Assembly: GCA_028692545.1 (NCBI GenBank)
Contig: JAQUXC010000004.1
Span: 630 to 64,629, forward strand
Direction of reading: 5' to 3'
DNA: 64,000 nt
DNA from: Patescibacteria group bacterium
GTDB lineage: Bacteria; Patescibacteriota; Patescibacteriia; UBA1558; S5-K13
A program made the translations under genes and the position numbers. Within the stretch, counting starts at the first letter, position 1, and each line of letters starts with the position of its first letter. The notes beneath the pieces are model-generated. The model did no database searches, was not told where the DNA came from, and saw only the letters and a program-made list of their open reading frames with translations. Positions 49,355 to 60,431 of this stretch are shown piece by piece.

Positions 49355-50164
49355 TTATTGTATTAAAATTATATAGCGTTGTTCTTTTCTAATTTCCCTT
49401 AAACTTATATTTCTACTTTTATCAAATAATGCCATAAAATCATTAATAGATTTGCCTGTTAAATCCGCATGAAATTCTCCTATTATTTCACATATAGAAT
49501 TTATTGATTTTATATTTTGAAAAATTTCAAATTCCGCACCCTCAACATCAAATTTTAAAATATCCACAAAATCTATATTATTTTTAAACATATAATCATC
49601 TATAGAAAAGGAATTAACTTCTATAAAATTTTGATTTTTTAATCTCTGTATCATACTAGAAGACATACTACTATTTGGATATGGATAAAATTTTATTTTT
49701 CCAGTTGATTTAGTGATAGCCATATTTTCACAAATCACATCTTTAAATTGTGATGTATTTAATTTTAAAAAATCGAATACTTTTTTGTCTGGCTCAAAAC
49801 AATAAATTATTGCTTGAGGAAATTTTAATTTAAAATAAATAACAGATAAACCAACATTTGAACCAATATCAAATATAATATTTGCTACATTTTTTGAATC
49901 AAATTTATATTCTTTATTTATAAAAATTTCATCAAAAATAGCAAAATCACAGTTACTCATAGGATAAAAATTAAAATATTTTATATCATATCCATCCACA
50001 AACTTTAAACATAACTTAACTCTAATTTGTGGTAATAAAGAGATCTTTTTTTTCAAAGAAAAGAACGAAATCACAAAAAGTATTTTTATAAATTCAACCC
50101 TATTAGCACTTATATTATGTGCAAATTTTATTTTTTCAATTATCCTATTTGATATTTTATTCAT
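49355..50164 (-). CDS. FkbM-family methyltransferase
   Basis: FDIGSNVGLSVIYF...CFEP pattern. Confidence 0.7.
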   Translation of the reverse strand: MNKISNRIIEKIKFAHNISANRVEFIKILFVISFFSLKKKISLLPQIRVKLCLKFVDGYDIKYFNFYPMSNCDFAIFDEIFINKEYKFDSKNVANIIFDIGSNVGLSVIYFKLKFPQAIIYCFEPDKKVFDFLKLNTSQFKDVICENMAITKSTGKIKFYPYPNSSMSSSMIQRLKNQNFIEVNSFSIDDYMFKNNIDFVDILKFDVEGAEFEIFQNIKSINSICEIIGEFHADLTGKSINDFMALFDKSRNISLREIRKEQRYIILIQ

Positions 50165-51278
50165 TTTTTTTATTAATAAAGTTTATAATATTCTTTACTC
50201 TTAAATTCCAAGTATTTATATAAACATTTTTTTTTGCCTCCAAAGATATTTTTTCTGCAAAACCCACATTATCTATTATCTTTTTAATACTATCAACTAA
50301 AGAATTAATATTATTAGCTGAAAAAAGTATAGAATTATTATCATTTAATATTTCTTTTATAGAGGGCAAATCTGATGCAACAGTAGGTGTTCCACTCGCC
50401 ATATATTCAAATAATTTTAATGGCGATGTGTAGAATTCAGATGTTTTATTACCTTTTTTGTTTGGTAAAACCAATATATCTGCTGCTTTTAAAAATAATG
50501 GGATATATTTATGCTCTTTTTTTTCTAAAAATAAAATGTTTGAATAATTTTTGTATTTATTTTTCATTTCAACAATTTCATTATTATTTCCACCAATTAA
50601 TATAAATAAATAATTATTATCAAAATATTTAGAAGATTCTATAAATAAATCTACTCCTTTCCAATCATAAAGATAAAAGCTTCCAGTATATAAAATAATT
50701 TTCTTGTCTTTTGGTAGTTTTAATATTTTTCTAATTTCATTCTTATCTTTACTTATATCAAAATCTTTTAAATCCACAGCATCTGCAGAAACAATAATTC
50801 GATTTTCTAAAATACCACGATTTATCAAATCAATTTTCAAATAACTTGTTAAAACAATTAATTTTTTTGCCTTTTTCAATAAATACAAAATTACATTATT
50901 TATATTTTTTGGCAATTCATGTAATTCCAAAATATAATTTTTATAAAATAAACCCAAGAACTTATCTCTTGTATACAAAATATCATAATTAATAAAAAAC
51001 AAATATATTTTTGAAAATAATAAAAAACTTAATGTTTGAATCCAAAAACCCATTATACCAAATTGAGAAAAATCTAAACATGGAATTTTTATAATATCAA
51101 ATTTATTTTTTATATCATAATATTGAAATACATCTTGTTTTATTTCATTAAATCTTCTCGGAATTATTAATTTTAATTCAATATTATTTTCGATAAATGC
51201 CTCACACATTTTGCATATTTGATATCCATGAGCTTTTTCTGTAGGAATTCTAGAATTTGTTATATAAATTAATTTCAT
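50157..51278 (-). CDS. Glycosyltransferase family 4
   Basis: E-x7-E region ...SPLKLFEYMASGTPTVASD. Confidence 0.75.
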   Translation of the reverse strand: MKLIYITNSRIPTEKAHGYQICKMCEAFIENNIELKLIIPRRFNEIKQDVFQYYDIKNKFDIIKIPCLDFSQFGIMGFWIQTLSFLLFSKIYLFFINYDILYTRDKFLGLFYKNYILELHELPKNINNVILYLLKKAKKLIVLTSYLKIDLINRGILENRIIVSADAVDLKDFDISKDKNEIRKILKLPKDKKIILYTGSFYLYDWKGVDLFIESSKYFDNNYLFILIGGNNNEIVEMKNKYKNYSNILFLEKKEHKYIPLFLKAADILVLPNKKGNKTSEFYTSPLKLFEYMASGTPTVASDLPSIKEILNDNNSILFSANNINSLVDSIKKIIDNVGFAEKISLEAKKNVYINTWNLRVKNIINFINKKNE

Positions 51279-51294
51279 ATTTTATAAATTTTTA

Positions 51295-53142
51295 TTATTT
51301 AAAATTTTGTTTATACCAAATCTGAAAAGTAATCAATGACCAAATTGTATTTAATGCATATTCTTTATAATTTATATGATTATCTAATATTTTTTTTATT
51401 TCATAAAAATCAAAAAATTGTTTTGTATCTGGATTATAATTTGGCGACAATATTTCATAAGCTATTTCTTTCAAATCAGTTCTGAGCCATTTAGATGTTG
51501 GCGAAAACCATCCAGTTTTTTGTTTATTATATATATAATCTGGTAAATAATCTTTTATTGCCTCTTTAAAAATTTTTTTACCTTGATGTTTATTTCCTAA
51601 TTTATAAGATATTGGAATAGAAAATGCAAAATCTACTAATTCTTTATCCAGAATTGGCACTCTTTCTTCAAGTGCAAAAGCCATAGACATTTTATCTGAT
51701 CTAGAAAGAGATTCATCTGTAAGCCATGTACAAAAATCTACTTTCATTAAATAATTAGCATAATTTTTAAATAGTAAATCAAAATAATTATTATTAATTA
51801 TTTCCTTACTTTTATTTAGATTATTAACATCATGTTTTAAAAATCTTTTTATAATATTTTCTTTTTGTGCACTGAACTGCCAAAACAAATCAATACCACT
51901 TTGAGAATTAAGTTTATAATATTCACTTTCCTTACCAAATATTTTTGCTACATTATATGTAAATTTATTGTCTCTGATTAATTTTGGTATATTTTGCCAT
52001 TTATCAACTAAATTATAATAATAATATCTATCATAACCTCCAAATATTTCATCTCCTCCATCTCCACCCAAAACTACATCAACATATTTTTTAGCTTCTT
52101 TTGACAATAAATATGTTGCTACTTGTATATGATTAGAAACTAAGTCATCCATATGATACACTACTTTTTCTAAATTTTCTGTCACATCTTGCGCAGTTAT
52201 CAAAAGTTCATGATGCTCTGTATTATAAAATTCACTATTTTTTCTGGCCAAAATACTATCCATATTAAATTTTTCTTCTTGAGTATCAACGTCAAATTTT
52301 ACTGTAAAAGTTTTTATTTTGTTTTTAACAATTTTAGACATTGATCCTAAAATAGCTGTTGAATCTATTCCGCCGCTCAAAAAAATTCCAAGCGGTCTAT
52401 CAGAAATTAATTGTCCTTCTACTGCTTTATCAAATTTTTTTCTAATAATATTTTTTGCTTCTTCATAAGAACATTCATTTTGCTCAGTTGGTAAATTATG
52501 ATACTTTTTTATCTCTATTTTATTTTCTTTAAAAATTAAAAAATGCCCTGGTTGTAATTTTTTAATATATTCAAAAATTGTTATAGGTCCAGCAATATAC
52601 AAAAATCTAAAATATAAATTTAGCGCATCAATACTTATTTGTTTATCAATATCATGCTCCAAAATTCCTTTTATCTCTGAAGAAAATATAAATTTATTAT
52701 CTTTAAAATAATAAAACAATGGCTTTACACCAAAATTATCTCGAGCAATAAATAATTTTTTATTTTTTTTATCCCAAATAGCAAAAACAAAAATACCATT
52801 GAATTTTTCTAAACATTTTTCTCCATAGGCTATATAAGAATTCAAAATTACTTCTGTGTCAGTATCTGAATGAAAATGAAATCCATTATTCTCTAAATCT
52901 TTTTTTATTTCTTTAAAATTATAAAGTTCTCCGTTGTATGTAATTATATAATTTTTATCATCACTTTCCATTGGTTGATGACCACGCTGTGATAAATCTA
53001 TTATAGAAAGTCTATTATGACCCAAAGATATTTCATTATCAACAAAAATACCAGTATCATCTGGACCTCGATATTCTATTTTCTTGTTCATTTTCTCTAT
53101 TAAATTTTGATCAGAGAAATTAAATCCATTTATTCCACACAT
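51295..53142 (-). CDS. asnB: Asparagine synthase (glutamine-hydrolysing) homolog, likely a sugar amidotransferase in this context
   Basis: MCGINGF N-terminal nucleophile Cys; SGGIDSTAI PP-loop. Confidence 0.85.
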   Translation of the reverse strand: MCGINGFNFSDQNLIEKMNKKIEYRGPDDTGIFVDNEISLGHNRLSIIDLSQRGHQPMESDDKNYIITYNGELYNFKEIKKDLENNGFHFHSDTDTEVILNSYIAYGEKCLEKFNGIFVFAIWDKKNKKLFIARDNFGVKPLFYYFKDNKFIFSSEIKGILEHDIDKQISIDALNLYFRFLYIAGPITIFEYIKKLQPGHFLIFKENKIEIKKYHNLPTEQNECSYEEAKNIIRKKFDKAVEGQLISDRPLGIFLSGGIDSTAILGSMSKIVKNKIKTFTVKFDVDTQEEKFNMDSILARKNSEFYNTEHHELLITAQDVTENLEKVVYHMDDLVSNHIQVATYLLSKEAKKYVDVVLGGDGGDEIFGGYDRYYYYNLVDKWQNIPKLIRDNKFTYNVAKIFGKESEYYKLNSQSGIDLFWQFSAQKENIIKRFLKHDVNNLNKSKEIINNNYFDLLFKNYANYLMKVDFCTWLTDESLSRSDKMSMAFALEERVPILDKELVDFAFSIPISYKLGNKHQGKKIFKEAIKDYLPDYIYNKQKTGWFSPTSKWLRTDLKEIAYEILSPNYNPDTKQFFDFYEIKKILDNHINYKEYALNTIWSLITFQIWYKQNFK

Positions 53143-53145
53143 AAA

Positions 53146-53754
53146 TTATCTCTTTTCCAAAATAAAAAAATGATGATACGGATTTTCAAAAGAAACAAAA
53201 TCCTTTTTTATATCAAAATAATTATCAATGATTTTTTTTATTTTATTTAATTTAAAACCCTTTTTACCTATTTCCCAATAATGTTCTCCGTTAAAAATAT
53301 GTTTTTTTGCCAAAAATGGTAATTTAAAATGAACTTTTATTTCATGAAAATATGGCAAAATAATTTTAAAACCAAAATTTCTTCCCCAATGTGGAACACT
53401 TATAATACAATATTTTTTACTAACTCTATGAAGAGATTTTAAACATTGTTCTAATTTTTCAAAAGGTAAATGTTCCAAAACTTCAAATGCACAAACAATA
53501 TCAAACAAATTATCATCCAAATTTATATTATCAACACTGGAAACATAATCTGGGTTTAAATCTGGATTTATATCCAAAGTTTTGAAGGAAATATTTTTGA
53601 AATTATTATCAAAATAATTTTTCAAAAAACTATTACCAATTCCAATTTCCAAAATATTATTTTGTTTTAGTTTTAATATTTCATCTATTTGATGAAAATA
53701 ACTATTCCATCTAGATATATTATCATATATTCCAAATTTATATTTATTATTCAT
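53146..53754 (-). CDS. Class I SAM-dependent methyltransferase
   Basis: ILEIGIGNSFL motif I. Confidence 0.6.
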   Translation of the reverse strand: MNNKYKFGIYDNISRWNSYFHQIDEILKLKQNNILEIGIGNSFLKNYFDNNFKNISFKTLDINPDLNPDYVSSVDNINLDDNLFDIVCAFEVLEHLPFEKLEQCLKSLHRVSKKYCIISVPHWGRNFGFKIILPYFHEIKVHFKLPFLAKKHIFNGEHYWEIGKKGFKLNKIKKIIDNYFDIKKDFVSFENPYHHFFILEKR

Positions 53755-54800
53755 AAATTAATTTTATTAGAAATATTAGTTATCAACTGACTTAAATTAT
53801 AATCTTTTTGTATCAAATCTAATAATCTTTTTGTATCTTCTAAGTTACTATTTCTATAAATATTATAAATTTTCGTAGATAATTCTTTTGTATCTAAATT
53901 ATCTAAAATAAAAACATCTCCATATTCACCAAATACATCTTTAAATGCTTTATTAAAAACTATACAAGGAACACCACAAACAAAAGATTCCAAAACAGTT
54001 TTATCCATTCCACCAGTTGGTGATAAATTTATACTCAAATCATGGTTATTGTAAATATCAGACATTTTATCAATAGGAATATTTCCAAGAAAACTAATAT
54101 AATTATTTAATTTATAATCATTGATTTTCTTTTTTATATTATTTAAATATCCTCTATCTGATTCATAAACTACATCTCCAACTATAGTCAATGATAAATT
54201 ATTAATTAAAGAATCTTTTTTTAATATATTAAATACTTCAATTAAAATATCTAAATTTTTTATAGGAGATATTCTTCCAACATAAAGTAATTTGTATAAA
54301 TTCTTGTCTTTTTCTATATTAATTTTTCTAAATATATTTAAATCTACTCCATGTCCCAAAAAAATAATTTTTTTTGATTTTATGAGGCACGATTCTTTGG
54401 AACTAGTAAATATATTTTTTACAAAAATATTTACGATTCTTAAATAAATATTTTTTGATTTATGTACATACCACAAATATATTTTTTTGTTTAAAAATTT
54501 CCAAAATATTCCACCCAAAATCACATATTCTGAATTCATATGTACAAAGACATTGTCGTATTCTTTTCTATATTTCCAAATATATTTATAAAATCTAAAA
54601 ATATATTTTAATCTACTTTCTCCATTCTCTTTTCCTAAAGATAAAACTTCTACATTTTTTGGAAAATCATATTCCCCTTGAAATAAACAAATTACTACAA
54701 CTTTTTCACAATGTTTTGTAAATTCAATAATCCAGTTATGAAAAAAGCCCAATACTCCATCATTTTTATCTACCTTTTGTGTACAAATTAATAATTTCAT
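53751..54800 (-). CDS. Glycosyltransferase family 4
   Basis: GGMDKTVLESFVCGVPCIV. Confidence 0.75.
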   Translation of the reverse strand: MKLLICTQKVDKNDGVLGFFHNWIIEFTKHCEKVVVICLFQGEYDFPKNVEVLSLGKENGESRLKYIFRFYKYIWKYRKEYDNVFVHMNSEYVILGGIFWKFLNKKIYLWYVHKSKNIYLRIVNIFVKNIFTSSKESCLIKSKKIIFLGHGVDLNIFRKINIEKDKNLYKLLYVGRISPIKNLDILIEVFNILKKDSLINNLSLTIVGDVVYESDRGYLNNIKKKINDYKLNNYISFLGNIPIDKMSDIYNNHDLSINLSPTGGMDKTVLESFVCGVPCIVFNKAFKDVFGEYGDVFILDNLDTKELSTKIYNIYRNSNLEDTKRLLDLIQKDYNLSQLITNISNKINL

Positions 54801-54896
54801 TCCGTTAGATATTTTATTTTAAATTATTTTATTTAATTAGTTATAAATATTTCCTTTAAATATATATTTGCAATTATTCTATATATCTAATGTAAT

Positions 54897-55988
54897 TCAC
54901 AAAACTGCCTTTTCCCAAGATTTTTTATACAAATTAAATGTTTCTTCTTTCGTTAATAATTTAGAAATAGATTTTTTTACATTTTCTGATAATTTTGTTC
55001 TCAAATCATTGTTTTCTATTAAATCAATCATTTTATACTCCAATGCTTTTTGATCTCCAATAGGAATTACAATTCCATTTTCATTGTTTGTAATAAATTC
55101 TCCAGCACATCCAACATCAGTCATAATAATTGGCAATCCATAATTTGCAGCTTCAATAATTACTATTCCCCATCCTTCATAATTTGATGTAAGTAAAAAC
55201 ACATCTGCTTTCTTGTAAAAATCATCTAAATTATTTCTCCAACCAAAAAATTCAACCTTTTTATCAAGATTTAAATTATTAACCTGAGATATTAATTTTG
55301 TTTCTAACAAACCACCACCAATTATCCACAGTTTTAAATCCTTGACTTTTTTTTGACTATTGTTCTCAAAAAAATTTACTACATTTTTAAATGCTTTTAT
55401 TTGCATTTGTATATTTTTTACTTTTACCAATCTGGAAATTGTAATAAATATAAATTCACTATTATCATTTAGACATGTGTCTATTTTTTTTAAATCAGAA
55501 TAAATAGGTACAATAGTTATTTTATTTTCTAAAACTCCAAAATCTCTTATAAGTTGATTTTTCAATCTATCACTTACAACTCTTATAGAATTTGCATTTT
55601 TCAAAACATATTTTGCTAATAATTTCCTAATTCCATAAAATTTTTCAAATCCATGAACCTGTATCTCTGTACCAATTCTAAACATTTTTGATAGCAAATA
55701 AGCAACAAAACCCAAAAAATATTGATCTTGAACGCTTATAACATCAAATTTTTCATTTTTAAAAATTTTTATAGAAGAAAAAAATAATTTTATAATTTGA
55801 AAAAATTTATTTTTACCACCAAAGCTAAATATATTCAAATGTTCTGACACATTTAAATTAATCGTTTTATTATTCGGTACAACTACTGTATACTTTTCTA
55901 CAAGCTGGGAATATTCAACAACTCTTCCAAATAATTTAGACTCTTTATCAAAAATATTTTTGTCATTTCCAATTACAAAAATCTTCAT
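54897..55988 (-). CDS. Glycosyltransferase family 4
   Basis: SNYEGWGIVIIEAANYGLPIIMTDVG. Confidence 0.8.
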   Translation of the reverse strand: MKIFVIGNDKNIFDKESKLFGRVVEYSQLVEKYTVVVPNNKTINLNVSEHLNIFSFGGKNKFFQIIKLFFSSIKIFKNEKFDVISVQDQYFLGFVAYLLSKMFRIGTEIQVHGFEKFYGIRKLLAKYVLKNANSIRVVSDRLKNQLIRDFGVLENKITIVPIYSDLKKIDTCLNDNSEFIFITISRLVKVKNIQMQIKAFKNVVNFFENNSQKKVKDLKLWIIGGGLLETKLISQVNNLNLDKKVEFFGWRNNLDDFYKKADVFLLTSNYEGWGIVIIEAANYGLPIIMTDVGCAGEFITNNENGIVIPIGDQKALEYKMIDLIENNDLRTKLSENVKKSISKLLTKEETFNLYKKSWEKAVL

Positions 55989-57106
55989 AATATTTCTTCA
56001 AATAATTTAATTGTATCTCGTAGCATATCTTCTTTTTTATAATTATAATTTATATTCTTTACTTTCTTTAAGTATTCCAAATAAAAATCCTCATTCATTA
56101 TATTTTCCAATGCTTTTTTTATTTCTTCATTATATAGTGGATCAAACTCCAAAACTTTTCCTCTTAGCCAATCAAATCCATGCTCTTTTGTAATGACAAA
56201 TGGAGTTTGCAAAAATAAACATTCTATTGCTGTATTTGGACTAATATCTGTATAACTAGGCAAAACAACAGCGCGACATTTTTTCAAAATACCCATTAAT
56301 TCATTTCTATTTTTACTATTTTCAATAAATATTTTTTTATTATCTGATTTTTCTTTTAATTTATCAAACATAGGTCCATCACCAATTAATCTCAAAACAA
56401 AATTATCTTGTTTAATTGACAAAAAAATATCAATCAATCTTTCTAAATTGTTTTTATTTATCATTCTTCCTGGACAAATTATTTCATTGTTTTTTATATC
56501 ATCTGCCAAATCACCTATATTTGAATCAAAAAAAACTGGATTATTTATTACAGAAATTCTATCACTTTTCAAATTATAATATTTTTCAAAGATTTGTTTT
56601 TGAAAATTTGTTGTAAATACCAATCTATCAGCACTTTTCAAAACAAATTTTATTATAAAAAAACGAAACAAATCTTTTTTATAAAGCCCTAATTCATAAT
56701 AATTTTTCAAAGTTTCTGCTGTGTAAGATATATTCAAATATCTTTCCCAAATAAAATCTCCACCTATTCTTATCATTATTTTTTTTCCAAACAATTTAGA
56801 AACAATAAGCGATGGAATTCCAGCGCTAAAATAATCAAATGCATAAACAACATCATAATTATTTATATTTTTACAAAGTGCTATAAAATATTTTATATAA
56901 TTTAATAATTTATTTGTTCTTTTTATTCTTATTAATTTATACTTTAAATCTTTGTCCGATTCGCTAATATTTATATTTGAATAAGTCAAAATACAAACAT
57001 CATACCATTGATCTTTTAGTATTTTTGCTAATTCTTTTGAATATGTAGCCGGACCTCCAATATCTGGCGGATAAATTCCTGTAGCTATTAATATTTTTTT
57101 ATTCAT
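55985..57106 (-). CDS. Glycosyltransferase (GT1/GT4-like)
   Basis: PSYTDISPNTAIECLFLQTPFVI; 4-nt overlap with its neighbours. Confidence 0.65.
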   Translation of the reverse strand: MNKKILIATGIYPPDIGGPATYSKELAKILKDQWYDVCILTYSNINISESDKDLKYKLIRIKRTNKLLNYIKYFIALCKNINNYDVVYAFDYFSAGIPSLIVSKLFGKKIMIRIGGDFIWERYLNISYTAETLKNYYELGLYKKDLFRFFIIKFVLKSADRLVFTTNFQKQIFEKYYNLKSDRISVINNPVFFDSNIGDLADDIKNNEIICPGRMINKNNLERLIDIFLSIKQDNFVLRLIGDGPMFDKLKEKSDNKKIFIENSKNRNELMGILKKCRAVVLPSYTDISPNTAIECLFLQTPFVITKEHGFDWLRGKVLEFDPLYNEEIKKALENIMNEDFYLEYLKKVKNINYNYKKEDMLRDTIKLFEEIL

Positions 57107-58209
57107 TAAAATTTGTATAAATTACTTATTTGTTCTACGATTTTTCCCCAATCATACTTCAAAACACTTTTCTTTGCATTTTCAATAAATTTATTCCTTA
57201 ATTCTTCACTATTTAACAATTTTATTATTGAATTTGTGATTTGTTCACTATTTTTTGATTCTATCAGTAAACCATTTTCATTGTTTACTATGATATCTGG
57301 AATTCCTCCGACTTTTGTACCAATTACAGAAACATTACAAGCCTGAGCTTCTATAAAAACAATTCCAAGTCCCTCTGCCAAAGATGGGCATACAAAAACT
57401 TCTGACTTTGAAATTTCAATAAGTGTTTTTTCGTGAGAAAGATTTCCTTTCAGTTCAATACTACTTTCTAAATTTAAATCTTTTATTAATTTTTCTATTT
57501 CATACCTCTTATTACCCTCTCCTACCAAAACCAATTTTGCATCTGGAATTTGTACAATCAATTCTTTCCAAGCCTTCACAAGATAATCAATTCCTTTTTC
57601 CCAAGATAATCTTGCAACACATAGTACTCTATTTTTTACTTTATCTATATTTTGAGGAATTTTTGAAAAATCCACTCCATTTGGTATTACATAAATATCT
57701 TTTTCATCTACTCCTAGCTTGATAGCCCTATTTGCAAGAAAATAACTTATTGCTGTAATAATATCTGGGCTTTTATGAATACTTTTCCAAAATAATTTTA
57801 TAAAAAATTTTCTTTGTTTTCTATTATCATCCAAATCCCCGCTTTGTAAAGTTAGTATTCTTTTTGCCTTACTATAAAAATATTTTGTAAATATCAATGC
57901 TACTCCAGCATAACTCTCCATAATAGCATGAACGATATTTGGTTTTATTTTCAAAATTACAAAATTTGATAATATTGGATACAAAATTTTATCTATCACT
58001 TTATTTCCAATTCCTACTCTTATAATCTTGAAATTTTCTCTTTGTTCAATTTTTTCTAATTTTTTATTAAATCTTCCAGTAATAATTGTAATATCATAAA
58101 AATCACCTAATTTTTCAGAAATCTCTTTAACCATCTGTTCTGCACCAGACATAAATGGCTCATAAAAAGCAGATAGAATTACTATTTTTATATTATTTTT
58201 TGTTTGCAT
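57106..58209 (-). CDS. Glycosyltransferase family 4
   Basis: CPSLAEGLGIVFIEAQACNVSVIGTKVGG. Confidence 0.8.
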   Translation of the reverse strand: MQTKNNIKIVILSAFYEPFMSGAEQMVKEISEKLGDFYDITIITGRFNKKLEKIEQRENFKIIRVGIGNKVIDKILYPILSNFVILKIKPNIVHAIMESYAGVALIFTKYFYSKAKRILTLQSGDLDDNRKQRKFFIKLFWKSIHKSPDIITAISYFLANRAIKLGVDEKDIYVIPNGVDFSKIPQNIDKVKNRVLCVARLSWEKGIDYLVKAWKELIVQIPDAKLVLVGEGNKRYEIEKLIKDLNLESSIELKGNLSHEKTLIEISKSEVFVCPSLAEGLGIVFIEAQACNVSVIGTKVGGIPDIIVNNENGLLIESKNSEQITNSIIKLLNSEELRNKFIENAKKSVLKYDWGKIVEQISNLYKF

Positions 58210-59206
58210 AATATTCGTAGGTCTTTTTCAAATTTTCATCCAAATTATCTTCTATTTTTTCCCCCAACAAACTTTGCATCTTTGAAACATCTGGGCTTCT
58301 ATATTTTATTTCATAACCACGCTCGCCTATAAAAACTGGTTTTAAATCCTTATTGCTTATTTTAATAATTCTTTGTGCTAAATCAAGTATTGTAGTTTGT
58401 CTTCCAAGTCCAATATTTATTGTTTCACCATTTGTAGAATCTGACAAAAGTGCTTTTATGGCAGATCTGACATTATCTTTTACATAGATGAAATCTCTTG
58501 TTTGATATCCATCTCCATAAATCGTTAGAGATTCACCCTTTAAAACCTGTTTTATGAATACTCCAACTACAAAACCATAAGCAGATGATTCCTGTCTTTC
58601 TCCAAATACATTAAAAAATCGCAAAGAACAAGTTTTTACTCCATAATTATCATTGTAAACTTTCATAATTTTTTCACCCATCAATTTCACAAGTGCATAT
58701 AAACTCGTACTGTGTGTTTGATAAGAAAGTTCCTTGTTATTATCTTCTCTAAGAGGTAATTCATTCAAAGTTCCATATGCCTCAGATGATGATGAAAAAA
58801 CAACCTTTTTTATAGAAAATTCTTTTGAAAGTGATAATATATTTTTTATTCCAACTATATCATCCAAAACCAAAAGTGGTTGCTCCATTACTCTCTTTAC
58901 GCCAAGCACTGCTGCATAATGAAAAATATAATCAAAATGATATTGCTCGAAAACAGATTTTAGTAAACTTAGATCATTTACATCTCCTTTTACAAATTCA
59001 AAATTAGAATTTTTACTTGCTAATTCCAAATTTTCCATTTTTCCCGTTGAGAGATTATCCAAAGCTACGACATTTGCATTTAAATTCAACAATTCATCAC
59101 ATAAATGAGATCCTATAAATCCAGCTCCTCCTGTTACCAAAATGTTTTTATTTGTTAATTTATCCATATTTTTAGGTTGAATTATAATAATATAATACAA
59201 TAACAA
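58193..59206 (-). CDS. NAD-dependent sugar-nucleotide 4-epimerase (WbpP/Gne-like)
   Basis: GGAGFIGSH, SSSSEAYG, YALVK, RFFNVFGERQ. Confidence 0.8.
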   Translation of the reverse strand: MLLYYIIIIQPKNMDKLTNKNILVTGGAGFIGSHLCDELLNLNANVVALDNLSTGKMENLELASKNSNFEFVKGDVNDLSLLKSVFEQYHFDYIFHYAAVLGVKRVMEQPLLVLDDIVGIKNILSLSKEFSIKKVVFSSSSEAYGTLNELPLREDNNKELSYQTHSTSLYALVKLMGEKIMKVYNDNYGVKTCSLRFFNVFGERQESSAYGFVVGVFIKQVLKGESLTIYGDGYQTRDFIYVKDNVRSAIKALLSDSTNGETINIGLGRQTTILDLAQRIIKISNKDLKPVFIGERGYEIKYRSPDVSKMQSLLGEKIEDNLDENLKKTYEYYANKK

Positions 59207-59239
59207 TACAATAAATGAGTCATAAAATCAATCTTACCT

Positions 59240-59268
59240 CACCCCCGGGGTTGCCAACCCCGGGGGTG
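59240..59268. repeat. Perfect GC-rich palindrome cacccccgggg-ttgccaa-ccccgggggtg
   Basis: 29-nt dyad in the divergent promoter region. It has the same cac...ttgccaa...gtg frame as the REP at 63193-63221. Confidence 0.6.
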
Positions 59269-59285
59269 GGAGTTAAAATTAAACT

Positions 59286-60431
59286 ATGAATAAAAACAAA
59301 ACAAAACTTTGCCACATAATAACACAAACACACTTTGGCGGTGCTCAAAAATATCTATGTGACATAATAAACAATCTTGATGATAATTTTGAGATAACTA
59401 TTGCCTTTGGTGAAGGAAAAAAAGAAGAATTAAAAAAATATATAACAAACAAAAATGTAAAAATTGTCAAATTAAAACATCTAATAAGAAATATAAACAT
59501 TTTTAAAGATAAGCTAGCATTTTTGGAATTATTTATATTTTTCAAAAAATATAAATTTGATATTATTCATCTTCATTCTTCAAAAGCTGGTTTCATAGCT
59601 TCAATAACTGGAAAACTAACTGGAGTGAAAAAAATAATTTATACAGCTCACGGTTGGGTTTTCAAAGAAAATCTAAATCCCACAAAAAAACAATTCTATA
59701 TATTATTGGAAAAATTTTCTTCAAAATTCAAAGACAAAATAATTTGTGTGTCGCAAAATGATTATAATTTAGCACTTGAAAAAAATATTGTCTCAAAAAA
59801 CAAACTTACAATGATTTACAATGGAATAAAGTCTAAAAATTATTTAAATAATGAAGATGCACGAGAATTTTTATTTCAAAAAATAAACACGCTAGACACA
59901 AAACAAAAAATAATAGGAACCATATCCAACTTATATTCAAACAAAGGTATAAATTATTTAATCGAATCAGCAATATTATTAAATGAAAAATATAATAATT
60001 TATTATTTATAATTATAGGATCCGGCCCAGAAAAAGAAAATCTTCAAAAACTAATAAAGAAAAATAATTTAAAAAACTTCTTTTTGATAGGTAATATAAA
60101 CAATGCTTATAAATATCTAAAAGCTTTTGATATATTTGCCCTCACATCAATCAAGGAAGGTCTTCCTTATACACTTTTAGAGGCTCTAGAAGCCAAAATT
60201 TCAATAGTTTGCAGTAATCTTGAATCATTGACTGAAATTATAGAAAATAATCAAAATGGGCTAATATATGACGTAAAAAATATAAATGATTTAACAGATA
60301 AAATACAAACACTTTTAGACAATAATGATGTTGCAGAAAAATTAAAAAATAATGATAGGTTAATATTATCAAAATTTGATTTTCAAAATTTTATAGAGAA
60401 TATAAAAAATATCTATCTAAACAAATTATAA
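59286..60431 (+). CDS. Glycosyltransferase family 4
   Basis: LTSIKEGLPYTLLEALEAKISIVCSN. Confidence 0.8.
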   Translation: MNKNKTKLCHIITQTHFGGAQKYLCDIINNLDDNFEITIAFGEGKKEELKKYITNKNVKIVKLKHLIRNINIFKDKLAFLELFIFFKKYKFDIIHLHSSKAGFIASITGKLTGVKKIIYTAHGWVFKENLNPTKKQFYILLEKFSSKFKDKIICVSQNDYNLALEKNIVSKNKLTMIYNGIKSKNYLNNEDAREFLFQKINTLDTKQKIIGTISNLYSNKGINYLIESAILLNEKYNNLLFIIIGSGPEKENLQKLIKKNNLKNFFLIGNINNAYKYLKAFDIFALTSIKEGLPYTLLEALEAKISIVCSNLESLTEIIENNQNGLIYDVKNINDLTDKIQTLLDNNDVAEKLKNNDRLILSKFDFQNFIENIKNIYLNKL

